Shown: piece after piece, positions 9,419 through 19,223 of the stretch
Numbering within the stretch: position 1 is the first letter of the stretch
Layout: every line of letters starts with the position of its first letter
Assembly: GCA_963799485.1 (NCBI GenBank)
Contig: CAWCXJ010000008.1
Location: 311,526 to 375,525 of the forward strand
Length of the DNA stretch: 64,000 nucleotides
Direction of reading: 5' to 3'
Source of the DNA: an uncultured Trueperaceae bacterium
GTDB lineage: Bacteria; Deinococcota; Deinococci; Deinococcales; Trueperaceae
Notes under the pieces: model-generated
Databases searched by the model: none
Seen by the model: only the letters and a program-made list of their open reading frames with translations
Told to the model about the DNA's origin: nothing
Made by a program: the position numbers and the translations under genes

Positions 9419-10786
9419 ATGAAACTCAGCTCTATCAACCCCGCGACCGGGGAAAAAATTCGTGATTACGACACAATGCCGGATGCCGTGGTGACAAAGA
9501 CCATCGACGCTGCGCACGAGGCATTTTTAGGCTGGCGTGAGACGAGCTTTGGAACGCGCGCGGCAGCCCTTGAAAAAGCGGCTGCACTTTTGCGTAACGA
9601 GGCGCATGAGCTGGGCCGGTTGATGAGTCTCGAGATGGGTAAACCGCTTAAACAAGCCGTCGCCGAAATCGAGAAGTGCGCGCGCGGTTGCGACTACTAC
9701 GCCGAAAACGCGGCGAACCTGCTCAAACCCGAAACTATCGAGACCGAGGCACGTAAAAGTTACGTGTCGTACCGCCCGCTCGGGGTGGTGCTCGCCATTA
9801 TGCCGTGGAACTTTCCCTTCTGGCAGACCTTCCGCTTTGCCGCGCCCAACCTTATGGCGGGCAACGCCGGGCTCCTCAAACACGCGGAGAACGTCACCGG
9901 GGTGGCGCTCGCTACTGAAGATTTGCTCTTGCGGGCCGGGTTTCCCGAAGGGCTCTTCCGGGCGCTGCTGCTTGAGACTTCGCAAGTCGAAAAGGTGTTA
10001 GACCATCCCAAAATCGTCGCCGCGACGCTGACCGGGAGTACGCGGGCCGGGCGTGCGGTGGCGGCGCAGGCGGGAGCACGGCTGAAAAAGACGGTACTCG
10101 AGCTGGGCGGTTCCGACCCCTACCTTATTTTAGAAGACGCTGATTTGGAGCTTGCCGTCGCTGCGTGCGCGACCGGCAGGTTGCAAAATAGTGGTCAGAG
10201 TTGCATCGCCGCAAAACGGTTTATCGTCGTGGCGTCCCGTAAACGCGAATTCGAGGCGGCGTTAAAAGCGAAGATGCAAAGCTTCAACATGGGCGACCCG
10301 CTGGACGAGGCCGCCGACCTCGGCCCGCAGGCCCGTGTCGATCTGCGCGATACGCTCCACGAACAAGTCCAAAAGAGCGTCGCTGCCGGGGCAAAGCTCC
10401 TGTTGGGCGGTGAGGTGCCGGACGGCCCCGGCGCGTTTTATCCGCCGACTTTACTAACCGACGTGACGCCGGGAATGCCCGCTTTCGACGAAGAGACGTT
10501 CGGGCCGGTGGCTGCCGTAACCGAAGCCAAAGACGAAGACGACGCCATCCGGCTCGCCAACGAAACCTCTTACGGTCTCGGCGCGGCGGTTTTCACGCGA
10601 GATTTGGTGCGGGGTGAAAAGATTGCCAGTGAAAGGCTCGAGGCCGGCAACTGCTTTGTCAACGCGTTCGTCAAGTCCGACCCGCGACTGCCGTTCGGCG
10701 GCATCAAGAGTTCAGGATATGGGCGGGAACTCTCGGAGCTGGGGATTAAAGAATTCGTCAACGTAAAGACGGTTTACGTCGCCTAG
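9419..10786 (+). CDS. NAD(P)-dependent succinate-semialdehyde dehydrogenase (Sad/GabD1-like ALDH)
   Basis: IMPWNFP, LELGGSDP, SGQSCIA, EETFGP; start set at ATG 9419 after AGGAGG. Confidence 0.88.
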   Translation: MKLSSINPATGEKIRDYDTMPDAVVTKTIDAAHEAFLGWRETSFGTRAAALEKAAALLRNEAHELGRLMSLEMGKPLKQAVAEIEKCARGCDYYAENAANLLKPETIETEARKSYVSYRPLGVVLAIMPWNFPFWQTFRFAAPNLMAGNAGLLKHAENVTGVALATEDLLLRAGFPEGLFRALLLETSQVEKVLDHPKIVAATLTGSTRAGRAVAAQAGARLKKTVLELGGSDPYLILEDADLELAVAACATGRLQNSGQSCIAAKRFIVVASRKREFEAALKAKMQSFNMGDPLDEAADLGPQARVDLRDTLHEQVQKSVAAGAKLLLGGEVPDGPGAFYPPTLLTDVTPGMPAFDEETFGPVAAVTEAKDEDDAIRLANETSYGLGAAVFTRDLVRGEKIASERLEAGNCFVNAFVKSDPRLPFGGIKSSGYGRELSELGIKEFVNVKTVYVA

Positions 10787-10823
10787 CCGGGTAAGGTGCT
10801 ACCGAACCTGTTAGCCTGAGTGC

Positions 10824-11720
10824 ATGGCTCAACCCTTTGCCGAAAGGCTCTTCGACCGCATCAAGAAGACGAGTTCTCGAGTCTGCCTGGGTATCGACCC
10901 GCGCCCCGAAGCGCATCCCTCGACGCACCCGGAACGCTTTGAAGGCGACCCGGCGCAGACTGCCAGGGCCGTCGTTCACTACTTTCAGGCCGTCATTCAG
11001 GCGACGCAAGGGGATGTGGCGTGCTACAAGTTGCAGTCCGCTTTTTTCGAGGCGCTCGGCGTACCGGGAATTATCGCGTTAGCGCAACTTATCGCCGATG
11101 TGCGGGCGCGGGCTATCCCCGTCATCTTAGACGCCAAACGCGGCGATATGAGCACGACCGCCGAAGCCTACGCGCGGAGCTACCTGGCAAACGGCGTGTT
11201 CGCCTCGGACGCGCTGACGGTCAATCCCTATCTGGGTGCTGAGAGTCTCGAGCCCTTTATCACCCAGGCGAACCGCGCCGAGCGGGGTCTGTTCGTTCTG
11301 GTCAAAACCTCGAACCCCGGTGGCGCAGACCTACAGGACGCCGTTTTAGAGGGAGGCGAGCGGGTTTTTGAACGTGTTGCGGCGCTCGTGACACGGCTCG
11401 CTGAACCGCACCGGGGGGCGTCGGGTTACGCGCCGGTGGGGGCTGTTGTCGGCGCAACCTATCCGGCAGACCTGAAAACGTTACGCGCCGCGCTACCTTA
11501 CAGCGTCCTGCTCGTACCGGGTTACGGCGCGCAGGGCGGCGGCGCCGAAGACGTTACGGCGGCGTTCGACCAAGACGGCCTCGGCGCGGTGGTCAGCTCG
11601 AGCCGCGCGCTCACCTACCTGACCCAAGACGCCGACTTTGCCGAACGCTCACGTGAAGCGGTCGCCGCGATGAACCGAGATATAAACAGCGCCCTCGAGA
11701 ACCGTGCGCGCGCGCTTTAG
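10824..11720 (+). CDS. pyrF: Orotidine-5'-phosphate decarboxylase (subfamily 2)
   Basis: CLGIDP, DAKRGD, TVNPYLG, KTSNP, PGYGAQGG, SSSR. Confidence 0.93.
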   Translation: MAQPFAERLFDRIKKTSSRVCLGIDPRPEAHPSTHPERFEGDPAQTARAVVHYFQAVIQATQGDVACYKLQSAFFEALGVPGIIALAQLIADVRARAIPVILDAKRGDMSTTAEAYARSYLANGVFASDALTVNPYLGAESLEPFITQANRAERGLFVLVKTSNPGGADLQDAVLEGGERVFERVAALVTRLAEPHRGASGYAPVGAVVGATYPADLKTLRAALPYSVLLVPGYGAQGGGAEDVTAAFDQDGLGAVVSSSRALTYLTQDADFAERSREAVAAMNRDINSALENRARAL

Positions 11721-11727
11721 TGCGCCG

Positions 11728-12642
11728 CTAATTCCCGATAAACGCGAGGATCGCCTGCGGGCTCATATTGGTACGGAGTTGCGGAATCAGCCGGAGGATC
11801 GTCCCGAAGCCTACGCTCGGGCCCAAAAAGAGGGCGGTGTAGCGTTCTTTGTCGGCAACTTCGGGCGCAGAAAAGGTCAGATAAGCCGTTTCGTTGCCGG
11901 GGGGAGCCTCGAACAGCTCTTGCGCCGAGGGCGGTTCGGTTGCCAAGACGACCATCCGTGATTCGTTGGTCGCCAGAAAAAGCCGCTCGGCAGTGTCGGC
12001 GGGGGCGTAAACGTAGTTTTGCAAGCTCACCACGCAGTCGCTCAGCTGCGCCAGCGCGCCCGCGACGTTTTCCTGAACATTGATCGGCGTTTCGGGTGGA
12101 CGCACGACGATGAGGCGCGGATAGACGCCGTTACGTAGCGTGGCCCAAAATGCGATGCGTGCAGGGTCGGCGGGGTCGAAGGCGAACACCGCTACCGGGT
12201 CGAGGTACGCGCCCGCTTCTTCCAGGATAGGCTCCAGGCTGCTCACCAGGTCGCTCCCGCTCGGCGTCCGGTCGTTTAAGGTCGGGGCGGGCAACGCGTA
12301 CCACCCGGCGACTTTGCCGAGCGCCGCATTCCAGGCGTCGAACGAAAACGCTCCGGCGCTCCACGACAAGTCCAGCAGTCCACGGTCGGCGAGGTAGGAG
12401 AACGTCTCGCGGTCGGGGTCGTCGGCGGGAACCGGCAGGTCGGTTACGCGCTGCAAAGGTGGCAGGGAGGGCTCGAGCAAGGCGACCGCCCGCTTGAGCA
12501 GGACGGCGGCGCGGCGACCATCGGCGGGTTGCGCCAGCTCGTTGGCGCTGAAACCCGCGCGCATCTCGTCGGCGCATACCTGCGCGTAAGTGACGCCCAT
12601 AAACCACAGCAAACTTAAAACGATAAAAAAGCGCTTCGTCAT
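11728..12642 (-). CDS. Hypothetical exported protein
   Basis: Signal peptide ending TYAQ; TAGACT 6 nt upstream of ATG. Confidence 0.7.
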   Translation of the reverse strand: MTKRFFIVLSLLWFMGVTYAQVCADEMRAGFSANELAQPADGRRAAVLLKRAVALLEPSLPPLQRVTDLPVPADDPDRETFSYLADRGLLDLSWSAGAFSFDAWNAALGKVAGWYALPAPTLNDRTPSGSDLVSSLEPILEEAGAYLDPVAVFAFDPADPARIAFWATLRNGVYPRLIVVRPPETPINVQENVAGALAQLSDCVVSLQNYVYAPADTAERLFLATNESRMVVLATEPPSAQELFEAPPGNETAYLTFSAPEVADKERYTALFLGPSVGFGTILRLIPQLRTNMSPQAILAFIGN

Positions 12643-12747
12643 GAGGTGAGTCTAGCCTACCGAACTTACGGTGACGTGAAAGATTAGATGAAAAGTCTGT
12701 TGCGATTTGCCGAGGCTTGTAAGCCTGCTGTCGTCATATATGCTGCT

Positions 12748-13054
12748 ATAGTCCGCTGCTGCGTATGTGCCGCGAGCGCGCGCCGAGCCTGGAGGTGAAG
12801 GCGTCTGGGGGGTGCCGAAATAGGCGGTTGCACTAATTTCCAGGTCTTCTGACGTTTCTGCTACCTGAGGTTCAGCCGCAATTTTGGCTGACGAGTCCTC
12901 CGTGCTCGAGCCTTCGGCTGCTGTGGTGCCAATAGGTTTAGTGGCGTCCCCGGTTTCGGTCGGCAGTTCCGTCAGCGCTCGCGAGTGTACGCCACGCGCC
13001 CCCGGCGTTTTCGGCGAGACGCTTTGCCGGCGGCGTAACTTCAGGCGCGTTCAC
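12748..13054 (-). pseudogene. Possible decayed E3-binding-domain protein gene
   Basis: GTG 13054 gives MNAPEVTPPAKRLAENAGGAWRTL, resembling the PLA(K/R)RLAEE.G..W E3-binding motif. Early stop, with an acidic low-complexity continuation in another frame. Confidence 0.3.
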
Positions 13055-13078
13055 GGGTCTAGCTGCTCACGCGCCGGG

Positions 13079-14680
13079 CTACTCGAGCGCCAGCACAAAA
13101 GCGTAGAGGTCGGGGCTGCCGGCGTGGAGTTCGAGCTCGAGTCCCCCGAACTGCTCGGCAAGGGTTTCGTGCAGCGCCTCTGCCCGTTCACGGCCTACGG
13201 CGCTGCTGTAAAAGAGGACGCCCATTTCGTAATCGTCCGCGACGCCCGCCACAAGCTCCGTCAAAACCGCTTCCGGCGAAGCGTCCGAAACCTTGAGCCG
13301 CCCGTTTTGCAAACCGATAAACTCGCCTTCGGTCACGGCGACGCCCTCGGCTGTGGTGGTGCGGCTCGCGGTGGTGACCTCGAGGGTGCAAGCGTGTTCG
13401 GCAGCCGCTTGCAGTTCGCCGAAAAGCGCGTCTGCTTCACTGTTTTCGTCGAACAACACCGCCGCCGCGAGACCTTCGCCGAGCGTGCGCGTCGGCAGCA
13501 CCCGAATCTGCTTTTCGGGGACGAGTTCAGAGGTGCGCTCGGCGGCCATGATGATATTTTTGTTGTTCGGCATGATGATCACATCAACCGCGCCGACACT
13601 CCGCACCGCGTCGGCGATGTCTTGCACGCTCGGATTGTTCGTCTGCCCGCCGCCGACGACGCGCGCGCCGAGGCTGCGAAAGACCTTGGTCACACCGAAA
13701 CCCGCGCTTACCGCGACTAGCGCCGTTTTGGGCGGCGCGATGCCGGCAGGGTCGGCTCCCGCCAAAATCTCCTGGTGCTGCTCGCTCATGTCCTCGACCT
13801 TCGTCCGGACGACCGTCCCGTAACGGGCGACGAGGGCGAGGAGCTTTTCGGGTTCTTCGGTGTGAATATGCCCTTTGATAAACCCTTCAGCCCCGACGAC
13901 GAGGAGCGAGTTGCCGAAACTCTCGACCTGCGCCTGAATCTCCTCGGCAGAGACCGCTACGTCCGAGAGTAAAAACTCGGTGCAAAAGCCGAACTCCTGC
14001 TCTTCAAACGCCTTTTGCGCGTGTTTGGTGACGGTCGGAGGCGGGGGCAGCTCGAGCCCGTCGAACGACGCGATGACGCCCTCTAAAACCCGTAAAAATC
14101 CCAACCCGCCCGAATCGACGACGCCCGCTTGTTTGAGCATCGGCAGCTGGTCGGGCGTTTTTTGCAGCGCCGTGTCGCCGGCTTTTAAGGCGTCGCGGAG
14201 AACCTCTAAAGGCGAAACTGAAGCCGCACGTTCCGCACCTTCCGCCGCGGCGCGGACGACGGTCAAAATCGTACCCTCGACGGGTCTCATTACGGCGGCG
14301 TAAGCACTCTTCGAAGCGCTTTTAAGCGCCTCGATGACGGCTTTTGCGCCGAGTGTGCGTTGACCTTTGATGCTTTCGGCGAAGCCTTTAAGGATTTGGC
14401 TCAAAATGACGCCCGAGTTACCGCGTGCGCCGAGCAGCGAGCCGTACGAGAGTGCGTGGGCAAGCTCGCTCATCGTTTTAGGCGTGGCGTGGCCGAGTTG
14501 TTGCCGCACCGACTGCATCGTCAGGTGCATGTTGGTGCCGGTATCGCCGTCGGGAACGGGGTAGACGTTAAGTGCGTTGACCTCTTCGACGTAAACGCCG
14601 AGCCAGTCGGTCGCGTAGGCGAACGCTTTCGCCAAGGCCGGAGCCTCGAGCAGCGGTTCCGCCGCTTTAACCTGAGTCAT
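13079..14680 (-). CDS. fakA: DAK2 domain protein, fatty acid kinase subunit A (YloV/FakA family)
   Basis: NALNVYPVPDGDTGTNM, GARGNSGVILSQ, VVDSGG, FCTEF, GGQTNNPS. Confidence 0.9.
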   Translation of the reverse strand: MTQVKAAEPLLEAPALAKAFAYATDWLGVYVEEVNALNVYPVPDGDTGTNMHLTMQSVRQQLGHATPKTMSELAHALSYGSLLGARGNSGVILSQILKGFAESIKGQRTLGAKAVIEALKSASKSAYAAVMRPVEGTILTVVRAAAEGAERAASVSPLEVLRDALKAGDTALQKTPDQLPMLKQAGVVDSGGLGFLRVLEGVIASFDGLELPPPPTVTKHAQKAFEEQEFGFCTEFLLSDVAVSAEEIQAQVESFGNSLLVVGAEGFIKGHIHTEEPEKLLALVARYGTVVRTKVEDMSEQHQEILAGADPAGIAPPKTALVAVSAGFGVTKVFRSLGARVVGGGQTNNPSVQDIADAVRSVGAVDVIIMPNNKNIIMAAERTSELVPEKQIRVLPTRTLGEGLAAAVLFDENSEADALFGELQAAAEHACTLEVTTASRTTTAEGVAVTEGEFIGLQNGRLKVSDASPEAVLTELVAGVADDYEMGVLFYSSAVGRERAEALHETLAEQFGGLELELHAGSPDLYAFVLALE

Positions 14681-14757
14681 CGGGCAGCCCCAGCCGAGTT
14701 TCCGCTCTCGTTCGGTTCCCCGGTCGCTGCGCGGGCCGTAAGCCGCATTTGTGTCAT
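14677..14757 (-). CDS. Possible 26-aa ORF translationally coupled to fakA
   Basis: SD GGGAG before ATG; its TGA overlaps the fakA ATG (ATGA). Confidence 0.35.
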   Translation of the reverse strand: MTQMRLTARAATGEPNESGNSAGAAR

Positions 14758-14854
14758 AAATCTCCCTAGCGCTAGGCTTTTGGTTAAGCCTGATTGCGCC
14801 AATCTTACCCTATTTACGGGCAAATCCCGTAGCAACCGGTTAGCATGCCTTAAC

Positions 14855-15166
14855 CTAGAGTGCGTCCCACAGTTCGACCTCGAGCCGACTCGCCACCACC
14901 CGGTATTCGCCCCCCGCTGCCACAAACGCCTCGACGCGCCGTAAAAGAGCCTCGAGTCCCACTCTATCGCCGCTAATCGCGCTGACGCCAATCTCTTCCC
15001 AGGTGTGCGTGTCCGCGCCGCCGAGCCGCGCCGCCGAAACTGCAAAGCGCACCTTGAGCCGCTCGACGACGGGTTTGACGAGCGCCCGCTTTTCTTTTAA
15101 CGAGCGTACCCAGGGCATCTCGAGGCGGGCCTGGTACACGCCAACGTAGACGTTCGTGTCGTTCAC
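14855..15166 (-). CDS. DUF503 (YlxP-like) protein
   Basis: RSLKEKR.LVK motif, about 100 aa. Confidence 0.85.
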   Translation of the reverse strand: MNDTNVYVGVYQARLEMPWVRSLKEKRALVKPVVERLKVRFAVSAARLGGADTHTWEEIGVSAISGDRVGLEALLRRVEAFVAAGGEYRVVASRLEVELWDAL

Positions 15167-15627
15167 GGCCCGGTTTGACCTTTCCGGACTTGACCTCTCG
15201 AGCCCAGCACCCGCCCGTACACCCGTTCGGGGCGTAAAGCGTAATTTTTGACCGCTAACGCCTGCGCTGCGCCAGCATCGGTTTCGGGCACCTGCACCTG
15301 CAAATCGTATACGGCAGCGTCGTAAGCACTTTTCGTCACGGCTTCAAGTAAAGCCTCTCTCGCTTCGTTATCGTCATTGGGCACGTTCAAGCGGTTGACG
15401 TAAATGGTCGGGCGTGTGCCGTTCCAGACAGCTTGCGCCAGCACGAAGCCTACGGTTCGGGCGTTTCTGACGGCGACGAACGCGTGACCTGTTCTGCCGT
15501 AAAACGATACGCTGCTTCTGCTGATGATGGGCTCGAGGCCAAACTGTCGGGCGTAACTTGCGTCTAAAGATTCCAGAGTTTCTTGGTCGTCCGAACTCAA
15601 AAGTCTGGCAAAGGTCAGCGCCGCCAT
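15163..15627 (-). CDS. DUF1999 family GNAT-like protein
   Basis: SFYGRTGHAFVA, GFVLAQAVWNG.RPT, AVTKSAYDAAVY, LGSRG. Confidence 0.75.
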   Translation of the reverse strand: MAALTFARLLSSDDQETLESLDASYARQFGLEPIISRSSVSFYGRTGHAFVAVRNARTVGFVLAQAVWNGTRPTIYVNRLNVPNDDNEAREALLEAVTKSAYDAAVYDLQVQVPETDAGAAQALAVKNYALRPERVYGRVLGSRGQVRKGQTGP

Positions 15628-15628
15628 C

Positions 15629-16090
15629 TTAAGCTTGCCTCTGCCACGTACCCGATTTGCCGCCGGTTTTCGAGAGCAGTCTGGTCTCAATCACCATCCC
15701 CTTACCGTAAGCCTTGAGCATGTCGTAAAGCGTCAGCGCCGCGATACTCACCGCCGTAAGCGCCTCCATCTCGACGCCGGTTTTGCCGGTGACGCGGCAG
15801 GTCGCCGTAAACGTGACTTTAGCGGCCTCTGCGTCCGTTTCACCCCGCACCGAAACTTTGGTCAGTGGCAGCGGGTGGCAGAGTGGAATCAGGTCGCTCG
15901 TGCGTTTGGCGGCCATAATCCCGGCGAGTTCGGCGACGGCTACCGGGTCGCCCTTGTCGGGGCCGCGCTGCAAGGCGCTAAAGACTTCCGGCGGGAGGAG
16001 GACACAGGCGCGCGCCACCGCTTCACGGGCCGTCTCTGCCTTGTCCGAAACATCGACCATCACGGCCTTACCGTTTTCAAAATGGGTCAT
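15629..16090 (-). CDS. moaC: Cyclic pyranopterin monophosphate synthase
   Basis: [35 protein letters not shown]. Confidence 0.95.
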   Translation of the reverse strand: MTHFENGKAVMVDVSDKAETAREAVARACVLLPPEVFSALQRGPDKGDPVAVAELAGIMAAKRTSDLIPLCHPLPLTKVSVRGETDAEAAKVTFTATCRVTGKTGVEMEALTAVSIAALTLYDMLKAYGKGMVIETRLLSKTGGKSGTWQRQA

Positions 16091-16257
16091 GTCCCGAGTA
16101 TAGCGGCTGGGTGCTGCTAGGCTCGCGGCTCAGGCAAAGATGCTGTAGCCACACCTTGGTTCGGTGACGATGACATCCCGAATCCGTACTCCAAGGCCGA
16201 CCAGCGTCCTTCCCGACAGCTTTTTTTAAGCTACCCTGTTCGGCCTTGGTAAAGGGC

Positions 16258-16322
16258 TTGCATTTTGCAGAACTGTGTGCTAACCTGCAAAAAGTTTAGT
16301 TCAGTTTACGAAACCGTTTTCG
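16258..16322 (+). promoter_or_regulatory. Sigma70-like promoter with downstream LacI-type operator
   Basis: TTGCAT (16258) - 17 bp - TAACCT (16281, preceded by TGn); palindrome CGAAACCGTTTTCG at 16309-16322. Confidence 0.65.
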
Positions 16323-16380
16323 CCGTGTAATCCCGGGCTGGTCTTGTACCGCCGGCTACCTGCCTGACGAGAGGTATCTT

Positions 16381-17385
16381 TTGTCTAGTCGTGTCTCAAT
16401 TCGGCGCGTGGCGGAGGCCGCCGGGGTCGCTGTGGGCACCGTTTCAAAGTCGCTTAACGGCGACCGCGAAATCTCCGAACGGACGCGCGAACGTGTGCAA
16501 AAAGTCGCGCGTGAGCTCGGCTACCGGCCGATGGCGCAGGCGCGGGGTCTGGCACGGGGGAGTACCGGCAACATCGCGGTAGCGGTGCGGAGCGTTTTCG
16601 CGCCGGTTTTTGCGAGCGCTTTTTACAGTGAAGTGCTAGCAGGCGTCGAGGCCGAGTTGGAGCGTCACGACCTCAATTTGCTCCTCACCAGCCTCAAGTA
16701 CGGCGACGACCTCTTGCGCCTCGCCTCCGAGCGCCGCGCCGACGGCGTGTTGTATATCGGGTATGACCTTGAACCCGCCTTTTTGCGTGAACTGAGTACG
16801 CACATCCCGCTTGTCATTATCGACGGTGAAGCCGAAGGTATCAGCAGTATCGTCAGCGAAAATCTGGCGGGCGCGCGGGCAGCGGCACAGCACCTGCTGG
16901 CGCAGGGACGGCGGCGACTGATGTTTGCCGCGAGTACACTCACACAACCCAACTTCTGCTTGCGCTATCAAGGATTTTGTGAAGTCCTCGAGGAAGCTGG
17001 TCTGACGCCCGGCCCTACCGTGCAAGGCTGGAGCTTTGCCGAACTGTGCGCGCAGCTGGCGGCGCTTTTTACCGATACTCACGCTAACGCTTATACCGGC
17101 ACCCGTCCGGACGGCATCGTCTGCGCCAACGATTCGGTCGGCTACCTGGTTTTACAGGTGCTGGAAACCCTGGGCGTCCGGGTACCCGAAGAGGTCGCTT
17201 TAGTCGGTTACGACGGGACTGCCGGGGCCGAAACCCGTCGCACCCGGCTCAGCACGGTGACGCTCGATAAACGGGAGCTGGGCGCGGCGGGGGTGCGCGT
17301 GCTGTTGGGCCGGCTCGCACATCCGGAAAGGCCACCACAGCAGGTTGTGATTCCCACGCGGCTCGAGCCGGGAGACACTTCATGA
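16381..17385 (+). CDS. LacI family transcriptional regulator
   Basis: HTH SIRRVAEAAGVAVGTVSKSLN, LGYRP..ARGL hinge, VPEEVALVGYD. Confidence 0.92.
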   Translation: MSSRVSIRRVAEAAGVAVGTVSKSLNGDREISERTRERVQKVARELGYRPMAQARGLARGSTGNIAVAVRSVFAPVFASAFYSEVLAGVEAELERHDLNLLLTSLKYGDDLLRLASERRADGVLYIGYDLEPAFLRELSTHIPLVIIDGEAEGISSIVSENLAGARAAAQHLLAQGRRRLMFAASTLTQPNFCLRYQGFCEVLEEAGLTPGPTVQGWSFAELCAQLAALFTDTHANAYTGTRPDGIVCANDSVGYLVLQVLETLGVRVPEEVALVGYDGTAGAETRRTRLSTVTLDKRELGAAGVRVLLGRLAHPERPPQQVVIPTRLEPGDTS

Positions 17386-17461
17386 GCCCATGAGATAAGG
17401 AGGTTTGTCAGCCGTTTTTCGCCCTAAGCCAATCTAAAAACCAAGTTTTAGGAGAAACTGC

Positions 17462-19165
17462 ATGAGAAAAAGCTTTTTACTCGTTCTACTGGCAACTGCC
17501 TTTTTAGGTGTTGCCAACGCGCAAAGTTTGCCGCGTGAGCAAACGCTCTATGTGACCGGCTTTCAGTGGGGGCCGCCGAGCAGCTTTAACCCACTCGGCC
17601 CGGTGCGCGCCTGGCCCGTCGCTGAAGGGGGTGCGTTCAACCTGATTTACGAATCGCTCCTCACCTACAACCTCATCACCGGCGAACTCGACCCGCGCCT
17701 CGCGTCGGGATTAGAGGAAAACGGCAACACTTTTGTCGTCACGCTCCAACCCGGTACCACGTTTCAAGACGGCGAACCGCTTACCAGCGAAGACGTCGTG
17801 TATTCGTATGAGCTGGCCAAACGCCAGAGCGTCGAGTACGCCTCGTTTTGGGATTACGTCAACAGCGTCGAAGCCACCGACGACCGCACCATTACCTTTA
17901 CACTCAATCCCGACCGGCTCAACCTGGGTCTGGTACGCAATTTTCTAACGACGGTCGCTATCTTGCCCCAACATATCTGGGCACCTTTAGAAGAGCAGGA
18001 ATCGTCGCTGGTGCAGTTTGCCAACCCCGAACCCGTTGGCTCGGGGCCGTACACGCTCCAGAACGCGAACAATGAGCGCATCATCTTGCAGCGCGCCGAA
18101 AACTACTGGGGCAAAGATGTTTACGGTTTGCCCGCACCGACCTACCTCGTGCACCCGATTTTCGCCTCGAACGACGCCGCGAACCTGGCCTTCTCGCAAG
18201 GGCAGCTCGACTTGTCGCAAAACTTCATCCCGGAAGTCTGGAAGCTGGGGGAAAACGCGCCGATCAGCACCTGGACGAACGAATCGCCCTACTACCTGCC
18301 CGGTTCGATTCCAATGGTCTGGATCAACGTCAACAAACCTGGTCTGGACAACCCGGCGGTGCGCCGCGCTTTGGCCTACACCATCAACTATCCGCTGATC
18401 GCCCAGACCGCCATGTCGAACTACTCGGTACCGGTCAACGCCAGCTTGATCGTTCCCGGCGGCGGCGAAGACGCCTACTTCGACGCCGAGGCAGTCGCCC
18501 AGAACGGCTGGAGCTTCGATCCGAATAAAGCCGTCGATATTCTCGAGAATGAACTCGGCGCGACCAAAGGCAACGACGGCATCTACGTTCTGCCCGACGG
18601 TACCCGTTTAGGGCCGTGGGAGGTCTCCGCACCTTACGGCTGGAGCGACTGGAATCAGGCGTTAGAGATCGTCGCTTCCTCCGCGCAAGCGGTCGGTATC
18701 GACGTCCGCACGAACTTCCCCGAACAGTCGGTGTGGCAGACGAACATGCAAAACGGCAACTTCGACCTGACCATGAACTCGGCAACGGGTGCGAGCGCCG
18801 CCGGGCCGTGGCCCCGTTTCCGCGACGTCCTCGATATTCGGGGTGTGCCTGAAGCCGGTCAGACCGCGTTCTGGAACTACGGTCGTTACAACAATCCCGA
18901 GGTTGCCGGGCTTTTGGAACAAGCCGCCTCCGCCTCCCCTGAAGAGCAGGGCCAGTACTACGCGCAGCTCGACGAGATTTTCCGGCAAGATGTGCCGACG
19001 CTGCCGCTGATGTACCGCCCGCAGCAGTTCTACACCTTCGACAGCTCGGTGTGGAAAAACTTCCCGACCGCCGAAAACCCCTACGCGCCGCCCATGCACA
19101 GCCAGTCCGGGGTGCAGGTGCTTTTCAACATCACCACTGAAGCGCAGACGAGTCAGGCGCAGTAG
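17462..19165 (+). CDS. ABC transporter substrate-binding protein, family 5 (oligosaccharide-type)
   Basis: Signal peptide, LPREQTLY, PVGSGPY, PYGWSDW motifs as in Thermotoga-type sugar-binding OppA homologs. Confidence 0.88.
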   Translation: MRKSFLLVLLATAFLGVANAQSLPREQTLYVTGFQWGPPSSFNPLGPVRAWPVAEGGAFNLIYESLLTYNLITGELDPRLASGLEENGNTFVVTLQPGTTFQDGEPLTSEDVVYSYELAKRQSVEYASFWDYVNSVEATDDRTITFTLNPDRLNLGLVRNFLTTVAILPQHIWAPLEEQESSLVQFANPEPVGSGPYTLQNANNERIILQRAENYWGKDVYGLPAPTYLVHPIFASNDAANLAFSQGQLDLSQNFIPEVWKLGENAPISTWTNESPYYLPGSIPMVWINVNKPGLDNPAVRRALAYTINYPLIAQTAMSNYSVPVNASLIVPGGGEDAYFDAEAVAQNGWSFDPNKAVDILENELGATKGNDGIYVLPDGTRLGPWEVSAPYGWSDWNQALEIVASSAQAVGIDVRTNFPEQSVWQTNMQNGNFDLTMNSATGASAAGPWPRFRDVLDIRGVPEAGQTAFWNYGRYNNPEVAGLLEQAASASPEEQGQYYAQLDEIFRQDVPTLPLMYRPQQFYTFDSSVWKNFPTAENPYAPPMHSQSGVQVLFNITTEAQTSQAQ

Positions 19166-19223
19166 CTGGCAGTAAACCAATGTGTGGAGTGTCAAAGCTT
19201 CTTGGCACTCCATAGGAGACCCT

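Noticed and set aside
12884..13720. 278-aa plus-strand ORF
   Set aside because: Overlaps fakA in antisense and has no recognisable features
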